Source of the DNA: Octopus vulgaris
Lineage: Eukaryota
Length of the DNA stretch: 64,000 nucleotides
Direction: 5' to 3'
Assembly (NCBI GenBank): GCA_951406725.2
Contig: OX597828.1
Coordinates: forward strand, 14,260,001 to 14,324,000
The notes beneath the pieces are model-generated. The model worked only from the letters and a program-made list of their open reading frames with translations, searched no databases and was not told where the DNA came from. Below are positions 53,306 to 64,000 of the stretch, piece after piece. A program made the translations under genes and the position numbers. Numbering within the stretch: the first letter of the stretch is position 1; each line of letters opens with the position of its first letter.

Positions 53306-54317
53306 CAAGAGTATAGTAGGTTTCTTTTACAAGCTACCAGTACAGGTGCCAGTTAGAAAATACTGGCATCGGCCAGAACTATGATTTCACTTGGCTTGAC
53401 AAGTCTTCTCAAGCATGGTATATTCCCAAAGGTCTCAATCACTTGTCACTGCCTCCGTGAGGCCCAAAGTTCAAAGGATGCTAAAATATGTGTCACCAGA
53501 TCAGATAAGTGACACAGGTACCGGCCACGACTATGGTTTCACTGAGCTTCACTTTGCACGTATTCATGTTCTTATTTTGCTAGCTTGCATGACACTATGA
53601 AGGATGAGTTAAACCTGTTTGTCAACCAGGTAAACTGAGGACCAGACTAACCAAGTCAAAATGAGTTACAATCCTTGCATGTGGTAGAGGAGTGGGGCAG
53701 GAAGAAGGCATAAATGACAACCGTATTAAAGGCCTGTAAAAACCTGTTTTCATTCTACAAGGTCAGAGCTCTTAAAGTATAAAATCTTAAGTGGCTTTAG
53801 GTAAACAACAATTCAGCTTAGAGCTACATGGATTAAAGTTGATTAACAAGATATAGATAGAGTAATTGGAATTTGTGTGAGTTTCTACTTTAAGAAAAAT
53901 TAGGGTAAGAAGGAGCCTAAAAGAATTGTTTAATGGTGTTGCGCTTTGTGAATGACCTGAAGAAATATGAAGAGATAACATCATATATCTTGTAAATTTT
54001 GTTTCAATCATTGGGTGGTGGCCATGCTGGGGCACTGCCATGATGGAACATTGCCTTGAAGGGTTTAATTGAAGAAATTGACTCCAGCTCTCTTATTTTT
54101 TCAAGTCTGTGACATATTCTGTCAGTCTTATTTGTCAAACTGCTAAGGCATGTGGATGTAAACAAATTGACACTGTTTGTAAAGTGGTGGTGGTAGTGGG
54201 GAACAAACACAAACACAATAATATACACACATATGCACGTATCATCATCATCATCATCATTTTGATGTTCATGTTCCTTGCTGGTCTTGAATGTTGCAAA
54301 ACTTCTCTCTCTCCATA

Positions 54318-54353
<36 letters not shown>

Positions 54354-55057
54354 TATGGTGGGTTACCAAACACTTTCTGTCTATCAAATTCATTTACAAG
54401 GCATTAGTTGGCCCTGGGGTATAGAAGATACTTGCTGTACAGTAGGACTGAACCTGAGACCACATGGTTGCAAAGAGTGCTTCTTAACCACATAACCATT
54501 GGCAATGAATGTAGCATATTGTATTTATAACCAAGGGAAACTACACCGATTGAAGAAAAGAAGGGAGGTTTCAAAGTGGTCACCGAAGAGGCTAGAAACG
54601 GCAGCGAAATTGCCATCAAAGCACACCTTACCACCTTAAATAAGAGTAGATAATGTAACCCTAGATATGCTCCGACTGAAAATAGGATTGGATAGTCATG
54701 GATGGCATAAGACTTTGTCTTTCATCCTTTCGTGGTCGATAAATTAAGTCCCATGCTGTTAAGCATTTTGTCCGGCATGCAAATGATTCTACACGCTCCC
54801 CAAATAATAAAAGAAGTGAATTAGAACCAGTGTGTGTTTAATATTGACATAATGACCCTCCCCAGTTACAACAAAATATATTCTAAAACACGAGTTTACA
54901 TTGAGAATGTTGCAAACCATATATAAAAAAACAAAGCAAATATTCTTGTCTCTCTTTTCTTTTTGTAAAAATAAAAAAACTTAATGAGGTAGATTTAAAC
55001 TGTTATAAATTTGCTTTCATATCCTTACAACTTTTATATCTATATTAAAAGTACTTT

Positions 55058-55272
55058 AAGGCGGCGAGCTGGCAGAAACGTTAACACGCCAGGCGAAATG
55101 CTTAGCGATATTTTGTCTGTCTTTAAGTTCTGAGTTCAACTTCCGCCGAGGTCGACTTTGTCTTTCATCCTTTCGTGGTCGATAAATTAAGTACCAGTTG
55201 CGTACTGGGCTCGATCTAATCGACTGGCCCCCACCCCAAAAAATTTCGGGTCTTGTGCCTAGAGTAGAAAAG
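55058..55272 (+). mobile_element. SINE family A (tail type 2) with 17-bp TSD
   Basis: Full-length copy; TATATTAAAAGTACTTT duplicated at 55041-55057 and 55273-55289. Confidence 0.9.
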
Positions 55273-56192
55273 TATATTAAAAGTACTTTTAATCTTATAC
55301 AACTGCTATTTGTAAAAGAAAATGAAATGAAAACAACAAAATATATTTTTAAAAAATGAAGATTTATACTAATGAAGTTTTACTGAAACTTTATAGGTCA
55401 AGGTTTGGGATTCTGGTTCATTTAAATTTAATAAACGGCACTAAAAGTATATATTTGTTTTCCCTTATATTTTACAGTGTTTAATTATAAATTAATTAGT
55501 TTATAATTAAAATACTAGCTTTTAATGTTAAAGATTTTTATTATAATTAAAAATTTATACTTTAGTTTAATTGAAATATTTATTTTTCAACGTTGTTGGA
55601 CATTCAGCTATGACAGAGATGTTCTAAAACAGAAATTTATTTTGGTGAAATTTTATGTTGAATTATTAATATTTATTTATTAATGGTGGAAGATCGCCGA
55701 AATGGTCGGAAGACCAGATGCAGGGCGATGGAAATGGGTGATCGAGGGTGTACAGGTTGTTTTCTAAATAAGACAAATGAGCCAAGACATTCCATCCGTG
55801 AATATCCACAGTCCTTTTTTATTTTCAAGTATGAAAGGCGAAGTTGGCCTCATTAAAATTTGGACCAAGAGCATAAAGAATACCAATAAACATAATAGTG
55901 ACACATGAATATTCTTGTAGCCCACCCGGGAGGTTTGACAATTTGTAATAATTATTATTATTGTAAGTAGGAAGATCTCCTACAGAGGGAAGGAAGAAAT
56001 CTGTAAATTAAATAAAGAAAAAAAAAAGGGAAATCGTAAATATAGGCACAAGGTAAATATAGAGCTTGAATGGTTAAAAAAATCCGCTTTGCAGCTACAT
56101 AGTTTCTGTAGTTCGATCTCATTGCACTGCACTTTAGGCATGTGCCTTCTAATGTCCCCTTGAGTTGACTAATGTTTTGAGAATATAATGTA

Positions 56193-56589
56193 CTAGCAGT
56201 ATAGCCCGGCGTTGCTCGGGTTTCTTTTCTTTTTCGACCCTTTAGAATTGGAATTTTTGAAAAGTAAAAATTTTGCATTACGTAGCTTGTTATTCTCTTT
56301 AAATGAACATTTTCTGGTTGAAATACACCGAAAAATGGCGACACAGCAGTCAAAAAATCGTAAAAATAGGGATTTTCATAGAAAAAGAAAAGCACCTTTT
56401 TGATGTAAATAATTTTTGGTCTTAACATGGTCCGATTTGAATTTTTTCTTCTACGGAATGAAGAGCAAGCCTTCCTCTATCATACTCTCAATTTTGGTCA
56501 ACTTGCGCCGCAGGGTCTCGGAGGAGATAGTGTTAGTTAAAGACTACCAAACCTGTCACACACAAAAACTTCAGCTTTATATATAAAGA
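56193..56589 (-). mobile_element. Non-autonomous Helitron
   Basis: On the minus strand: begins A|TC, ends CTAG|T, subterminal hairpin CCCGAGCAACGCCGGG (56205-56220) just before the 3' end, no TSD. Confidence 0.8.
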
Positions 56590-58082
56590 TATTTATACAT
56601 ACAAACATGTGTGTATAAATATATGTATGTATGTGTACACACACAAACACTTCCCCCACACATAATTGAAACGTTCGGTGGTGCATATTCATTCAAGTAG
56701 TATATAAATTTGTTTATTAGCTGTTGGTGCGTTGTGTAATAGGATACTAATTGAAATGTACGCTTAGTTTTACACTTTAAAACCATGCTGTTTGTGTTTA
56801 ATTAATTAATCAATTAATTAATTATTAATGAACATATGAATATATGTGTGTACGTTTATGTTTACACCACTTAATACCAGTATTGTGTTTATATGTAGTG
56901 TTTTTTTTTACGTCCCATAACTTGCCGGTTCAGTAAGTAGACATCAAGTACTAAAATTTATGTAATAATGTTTGATATGCTCGACTAAACACCACCATTG
57001 AAAGTGGTGCGCTGGCAAGGCCGCAGCTCAATAACTGAAAACAGTAAAAGACCAAAATATAATATAATATAATATTATGAAACGAAGAAAAATAAAACAA
57101 AAAGAAATATATTGATGAGTATTGGTGATTTGCTAATATATATAATAAGATCGACAATGGGCAATGGCCCAAAATTTCAACAAGGAAACAGAGGTAAAGA
57201 GTACCGCATGATATAAATAATTTTGCAATGATATCTGAACAATAAGAGTATATGATGTACTCAATACTAGAAATAATATAAAATGATAAGCAGTAAGGAG
57301 GATCCTGGTCAATAAGTGCGCCGAACTTGGAGATAAATATCCCGTTGCCTGAGCTGGAATGAGAGACTCGGAGAAACCAAACCGGCATATTGCCATATTT
57401 CTCCTTTCAGTCAATGATAGCCATATCTTCAGAAACAGTAATCAAGGAATTAATGTTTTCAGTAACCATGAACAACTTAAATCATGTGAGATTTGGAGGG
57501 TACTTTCAAATGCATAAATGGATCACACAGCCCGTTTACTAAAAACTGCAGGTTCAACCGTCCAACGGGCTTCTGCAATTTCCGCCAACCCAATTTTGCT
57601 TGGAGGCTTGGAGGTGGTTTGTAATGGCTATTTCTCCAGGTCACACATTTCATGGGGAAAGGGAAAGGGTTACGTAAGTGGGGGACAAAAATGTAAGCAA
57701 TTGAAACTCTTGAGAAAAAAAATAGAAAAAAAAAATCAGCATTGTAATTTCCGTTGTCCAACGTTTGGGGTGATCTGAGGTCATGGTAAAACATACATGC
57801 CTAAAATATCACGCAATTAGATTGAAGCCGGGTCCAAAAAAAAAAGGAATTCAAATAACTTCGGTGGGGAATAGAATCTTGTCTTTCAGCGTTTCCGGCA
57901 AGGTATACTTATCCCTATATAACTCACACACATTATATACACAAGCCGAATCCAATAGTTTTAATATATATTTTCCTCATGAAGGCCGGTTTATGGGGAA
58001 ACCGGCCTTCACCAGGGAAAATATAGACTGCTCTTCTTCTGAGAATGTGCTTCTTCTCCAGATTTATGCTTTTCTAAACACG

Positions 58083-58118
<36 letters not shown>

Positions 58119-58769
58119 GTGTGTGTGTATATATATATTTCATTTTGGGATTTGGTTTGCAAGATTCTTTATATGAGTTCGTGTGTTGAAGCATATTCTG
58201 TTGTGACTGGGGAGAGTCATTTTCTTTTTGTGCCTTATAATGTAACACACTCACCGGTAAAATTTCCACTTGTTTCTTATTTTTATTTTTCTAAAATTTT
58301 CGTTGCGTCTTGCAACCTTTTCAATAGTCCTGACTATTATACAACATATATATATATATATATAGATAGATAGATAGATATAGATATAATACTCTAAAAA
58401 GTACAGCTGTTTTTATTGTTATTACCAATAACTTGGTACTTACTGAAGGAAAGACATTTTTAAAAACTGGCCACATCTACAACACAACCTTATTAAAAAG
58501 AATTTCTTACGAAGTAATGAATCCTGAATGAAAAAGTTGGAGAGGCAAAGAAGTTGTAAATCCTAAATTAATTACTCAAGGAACCCAAATAATAACCGAA
58601 ACCCAAACCTCACAAATCAACATGAAATATAATCATAATTACGCATACGTAATTAATTAAAGTACAAACTTTCAAATGACCTTTTCCTTTCGGACCAATA
58701 TAATTCGGTTATTGTTTTTTCCCCCTTCTTTGATTAGTATGTAATATATTTTTCTATTCAGTTCTCCGT

Positions 58770-59492
58770 GCCTTCCGCCAACTTCCCCTTTAACTTCTGT
58801 CTGTCCTCCTCTCTCTGTATCTCTTTCTATATACATCTCTTTCTCTTTCTACTCTTTCTTTTTCACTCCGCCTCACTTTTCCCCATCTTTCTCTCATCAC
58901 AAACTCCCACCCGTCTCAATCACGTGATCACCTCTGCCAATCTCTTCTCCTCCTCCACCTCCACTCATACCCCGTCTGTCTTTTTGGTGCTTTCTTTTCT
59001 TTTCACTTTTTCTGTCTCTTTTCTTCCCCCTCTATTTATTTAACCCTTCCTCTTTTTATCTCTCACACCGTCTTTCTACTTTCTCTTCTCTCTATTCTTC
59101 ATTCTTCTTCTTCTTCTTCTTTCAGCACTTCCACTTATTCTTTCTTTAAATCTACCTCTAATTCTTTCTTAGCTCCCTCTTTTCATCCTGTCTTTCTTTC
59201 CTCATCTCTCCCGCTTTTCACTCTCTTTCTTTAACTATTCTTCTTTCCACTCTCTTCAGCTCTTTTTATTTCCACTTTAACTCTTCCTCTATCCCTCTCT
59301 CTCCAATATTTTCCACTTCCTACTCTCTAAAACACCTTCCCCCTACTTTCTTATACTCGTTCCACCCATCACTCTCATTCTTATTCTATTTCATCCTCTT
59401 CCAGACTTCTCTTTATACTTTACGTCTCTTCTCATTCTCTCACCCTCTTTCTCTTTCCACGCTCACACACATACTTTCTCTCTCTCTCTTTC
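58770..59492. repeat. Pyrimidine-rich low-complexity tract
   Basis: About 700 bp dominated by C/T on the plus strand, without a fixed period. Confidence 0.8.
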
Positions 59493-60102
59493 ATCAAGTA
59501 TGGTCGACAACAACAGGAGGGAGCCCCGACCTATTAAATCATGAATTATCAGAGAACCCTACCGTTACCTGTTACCTTGCCTGCTGACTTGCCTTGCCTG
59601 CCCCGCTGCCCCCGTTCGCTAGCAATGACTCAAGGCATTATTTGACTAGCCAAGCAGCTAGTTAAAATCCAGTCATCCAGCACCATAATACCCTACAATT
59701 ATTATACCAGAAACCATTCTGTTCGGACAGTAACCAAGGGATTTGTATGCAATTCATTAGAAAACTTGTTCGCCTCATTTTATTTGCCTTGACACATCGT
59801 TAACGCTTGTACATTTCGTTACCTTCTCATAACTCAACCGCCAAATAAAACAACTGAGCCTTTACGTGGTCGCTCGATTTGCTAGAAGTAGCAGTCAAAT
59901 CTCCTTAAAGTTTATACTCTGCCTTTCGAAAAACAACGAAAGAAAAGGGACATATTTGGATCATGTCTGAGAAATTCCGAAAAAGACGGGATGGTCACGG
60001 CAAGAATGCTTTTGCTCAAATATTTCGATGACGATGAGAGCTGTTACCTGGTCGTTCACTTTTGCTCAAAATAGCAACCAAATTTTCTTCGGTACTGCTT
60101 AA

Positions 60103-60289
60103 GAACAGTGGTCCCGGTGCGCGCACTCGCGCATCTGCACTAGCTAGTCATGACTAGTCGATCCTTACTTTGTGTTTTATTTACTTTGAGTAAAAAAATT
60201 ATTTATTTTGTGTTTTATTTACTTTGCTAGGTAACTAGTCACGACTAGCTAGCGCGAGTACGCGAGTGTGCGCACCAGGACCACTGTTC
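60103..60289. mobile_element. MITE with about 55-bp TIRs and TTAA TSD (Kolobok-like termini)
   Basis: TTAA|GAACAGTGGTCCCGGTGCGCGCACTCGCG ... CGCGAGTGTGCGCACCAGGACCACTGTTC|TTAA; internal direct repeat TTTGTGTTTTATTTACTTTG; interrupts a family-E repeat. Confidence 0.8.
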
Positions 60290-60503
60290 TTAAGTATTAC
60301 CATTTTCTTCAAATCACACACACACTCGCCTTAAATAATGTACATTGGATAACAACGTTCCTTTCATACAAAAATGGACGGGGTGGTCATGGTTGGAACA
60401 CAGGCATCTTTATGATTGGTGAACGACTGCACGCACACACGCATACATACATACTGAGGTACATGCCCCCCCCCCGCCCCTACAACATATGTGTACGTGT
60501 GTG

Positions 60504-60535
<32 letters not shown>

Positions 60536-61080
60536 CGTGTTTGTAAATATGTTGTGTGTGTGTGTGTGAACGCGCATTTGGACACCACAGTGATGCATTT
60601 GTTGCTATTTTAGGACACCTAACGAAAAATAGTTCTGCAAGACTGATTATGCACTAGGGAACTAATAACTATGATAGCTATGATAATGAATGATGTGGTC
60701 AAATAAATAAATAGATATAATATAATAAAAACAAACAAACATCGAAATAATGTGCTAACAGCAAACTGACTATCCATATACTAAACGGTTATACATATAT
60801 GTATTGTATATGAACACACACATACGCGCACATCTACACTTAGATACACATATTCGCAACTTGACGTTTTTATGGTTTCGTCTGTTGCTAATGGTGGAAT
60901 GTCCGTTCCTTCGATCGTAACTTTTCAGTTGTTCGACCAAGTGAACGCTTACTCATGAAATTAACGTATAAGTGGCCGAGTATTCCGAAGACGCATCTAA
61001 CCTTAATGCGGTCCTTATGTCGAATGAGTGTTACACAGAATAACAAGGTTGGACACTATTGAATAAGATGAAATCAAAAA

Positions 61081-61098
61081 ACAGACAGACAGACAGGC

Positions 61099-61149
<51 letters not shown>

Positions 61150-61296
61150 CAGACAGATAGATAGACAGATAGATAGACAGACAGATAGATAGATAGATAT
61201 ATAGATAGATAGAGCAGAGAGACAGATAGATAGAGCAGAGAGACAGATAGATAGATAGAGACAGAGAGATAGATTAGATAGATAGAGACAGACAGA
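61081..61296. repeat. (GATA/GACA)n microsatellite
   Basis: Directly visible. Confidence 0.95.
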
Positions 61297-63029
61297 AGAA
61301 CAGAGTCCAATACAGAACTGGTAATTCATCGACCCCTAATAGATGAAAGGCATGTAGAACTCGACAGGATTTATAACGATAATTTAAACTGAAGTTTGAC
61401 ATTCTTTTTACTCTAAGTTTTGTGTCGCCGCTTTTCGATATGACTCGGCGTTTATGAATTACGGTTTTATTATGTAAATGTTAAGTATTTGGTCGAAATG
61501 ATGTTTAGAAATATTGAGATTCAATGTTTGAGACGCTTATTGTGTAAAAATTTATCATTTTTAATATTTAATGTTTGAGAACGTATTAAAGTATGAGGCA
61601 AGAAGAAGAAAAAAACATACATGAAGACAGAGCAAAAGAGGAAGTAGACAGATAAGAAAGGGGATAAGGAGAAAAGAGAAAATGGAGAAAGGAAGAATGG
61701 TAAAAAGAAGGAACGTAAGAAGAGATAGTCATAAGTAAACTGTGCGCTGAACTACGATTACATTCGAAGAAATTAGCTACGATAACGTGATGGAGAAAGT
61801 ATGTATTTATCAGAGAGGAGTGTGAAAGTGAATAAGAATGCATTAGGTTTATTATGAGCGAATGAGGAGAGGAAAGACCAGGGAAGTTGTAGAAATGATT
61901 AAAGTACAGTTATGTTGAAGAAGACGGGAGGGTGAGGAGAGAGATATGAGGACAGTAAAATGTGAAAGTTGATTGGTACTTGAATAAATATATAACAAAA
62001 GAGGGCAAATCATTTCTGAGGGATCTGATCTCGTTCTGTGTATACATTTGAAAAATTAATCTTATCAACGTCTCCTCTGAACTTATTAAATTACAGGAAT
62101 GAGCTCCTTTCGAAATGTCGTTGCTATAACGTGTGTGTGTGTGTGTGCTGGGGTTGATGTAATCAACTCCCCCACTCAAAACTGCTGGCCTTGTGCCAAA
62201 ATTTGAAACTATATGATGATGATGATGATCATCATCATCATCATTATTATTATTGTTACAGTGTATTTCTGTTGCAACCGAATTAAGTATGTTTCTTATC
62301 AGACCCATGGTGTTTGGATGCAATATTATCACGCCTACACTTTTTGTATTCGTTTTGAGCAAATTGTTGACATTCTGATACAAGTTGAGCCACATTTGAG
62401 TGAAGGCTCCTACTTATCTATCATTCTCTTGGTCCAAATTACCATTAGGGTCTGTTCTTGTGCCGCTAAAACCATTCTTTTGCTCTCGTCCTTTAATATT
62501 CCTTTCTTTAACCAGATCCTGCCACTCATGCAATCTTTTATCGCTTCTGTCCTTTTGAAAAAAAAATCACTGTACGGCGATTCTTTTCATCAAAGTTTGG
62601 TTTCGTCTATCCCTCATTTTCTTGATTTTTGCACCCCGCCTTTTTGGTGGGGAGGGGGCTCTGCTAATTCTATAAGTAGTTCCATTATTACCTTCTTATG
62701 GAGATATTTAATTTATATCTCCCCGATAGAAATCTAGACTTGTTTTCTCTAGTTCTGCTACCTTTTCAACACTCCCCTCTATTTTTATTATTTTCTTTGT
62801 CTTTTACTTGTCTCACTAACTGGATCACGGTCATGCTGGGGCACTGCTCTGCGGGTTTAGTCGATTAAATCGACATCACTATTTATTTTTTGAAGTCTGG
62901 TACTTATTCCATCGCTTCCTTCTGCCGAACCGCTAAGTAACGGGGACGTAAGCAAACCAACACAAGTAGACAAGCGAGATGTTTGAGTGACGAACACAAA
63001 GACAAAGACACATAAATATACACACCTAT

Positions 63030-63032
<3 letters not shown>

Positions 63033-63063
<31 letters not shown>

Positions 63064-63140
63064 TGTATGTGTGTGTGTATGTATGTATGTATGTATGTAT
63101 GTATGTATGTATGTATGTATGTATGTATGTATGTATGTAT
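63033..63140. repeat. (GTAT)n microsatellite in an old family-B copy
   Basis: Directly visible; family-B sequence at about 62800-63030. Confidence 0.92.
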
Positions 63141-63451
63141 TATGAAGTCCAAAAGCATGAAACTTCTTGCGGTGTTTTAAGATACCAATTAGATACAGTA
63201 AAACATTATGTTTGGCGTTTTGGCTGTTTCCATAACTTATTCAGTTTAGTTTAGAAATGGACAAAAATAATGGAGGTGTATATAGAATCAGAAAGTATCT
63301 AGAATTCACCAAAAATCTCTGCTTTAACACGATTAATCGATAGGGTAGAAGTAGTCGCCAAATTGCTATCAAAATCACATTGACAGTCTTTGAGGAAGGA
63401 AGTAGACATTGGATAACGCAGTCCAAGACAAAGATAAGACGGAATGGTCAT

Positions 63452-63591
63452 CACTAGCATAGCTGGGGGGTGGAGTACGGTTCGCCCCGGGCGGCACTTT
63501 TGGGTCTGCTGTAAGCAATGTTTTTTGTAGGGTTCGGGGGCAGCAAACAGAAGGGCTGCCTCGGGCGGCACACATTGTAGCTACGCTAGTG
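63452..63591. mobile_element. 140-bp hAT-type MITE nested in a family-E repeat
   Basis: TIRs CACTAGCATAGCT / AGCTACGCTAGTG; perfect 8-bp TSD ATGGTCAT at 63444-63451 and 63592-63599. Confidence 0.88.
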
Positions 63592-64000
63592 ATGGTCATA
63601 GCTGGAATGACTCTGATCATACGTCTTCTCAATCAGTGCTGACCTGGGGGCTAAACAGCAGCAGCACTATCGCAGAAGTTACAACGCCAAATTACAACAA
63701 GTACATCGGACGTAACTAATTGCAACTTAAAGCGAACCAATGAGAGTATTTATCAGGTAGTTTGGCCTGTTAGAAATCACACAACTGTCTTTCTTTTTTT
63801 TTTTAAAAAAAAAGACTCTATAAATATGACATGGCGCGTCTAAGCGTGATGGTCACAGTTGAATCGCTTTAAATCATAACTCGGTTAATATGCAGTTAAG
63901 GTCAGACTTTGAAGTCCCATAATTTTCTTAACTGACCTGGAGAAACATCAAGATTTCATTTTAAAGATCCACCTGACCGTACCGAGTCCACTGGCAACTA

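Noticed and set aside
54578-54620. CCGAAGA…GAAA hammerhead-like motif
   Set aside because: It is a diverged family-E repeat start, and core U4 is missing.

Overview
AT-rich, repeat-dense animal genomic DNA. The SINE repertoire and microsatellite load suggest a coleoid cephalopod such as Octopus (inference). The only host gene is the 5' part of a filamin (FLNA/cheerio-type) gene on the minus strand. Seven coding exons (37381-37027, 6170-5919, 5108-5011, 2523-2257, 1370-1133, 904-704, 564-427) splice in frame via GT-AG introns to about 516 aa: CH1-CH2 actin-binding domain plus Ig repeats 1-3. The gene runs off the left edge. The first coding intron is 30.9 kb, and an acceptor at 37600 implies a further upstream non-coding exon. 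The rest is intronic or upstream DNA containing a frameshifted CR1/L2-type LINE, a decayed L1/Tx1-type LINE, at least six SINE-like families, hAT-, piggyBac- and Kolobok-type MITEs, a non-autonomous Helitron and many microsatellites. Best leads: (1) a SINE subfamily whose 3' tail matches the Tx1-type LINE in the same window; (2) closely spaced inverted SINE pairs, potential ADAR substrates; (3) a 36-bp inverted repeat 7.6 kb apart; (4) hammerhead-like/Penelope-like relics; (5) a CpG-depletion step along the gene. Nothing here demonstrates a new biological system from sequence alone. All analyses were done by eye.
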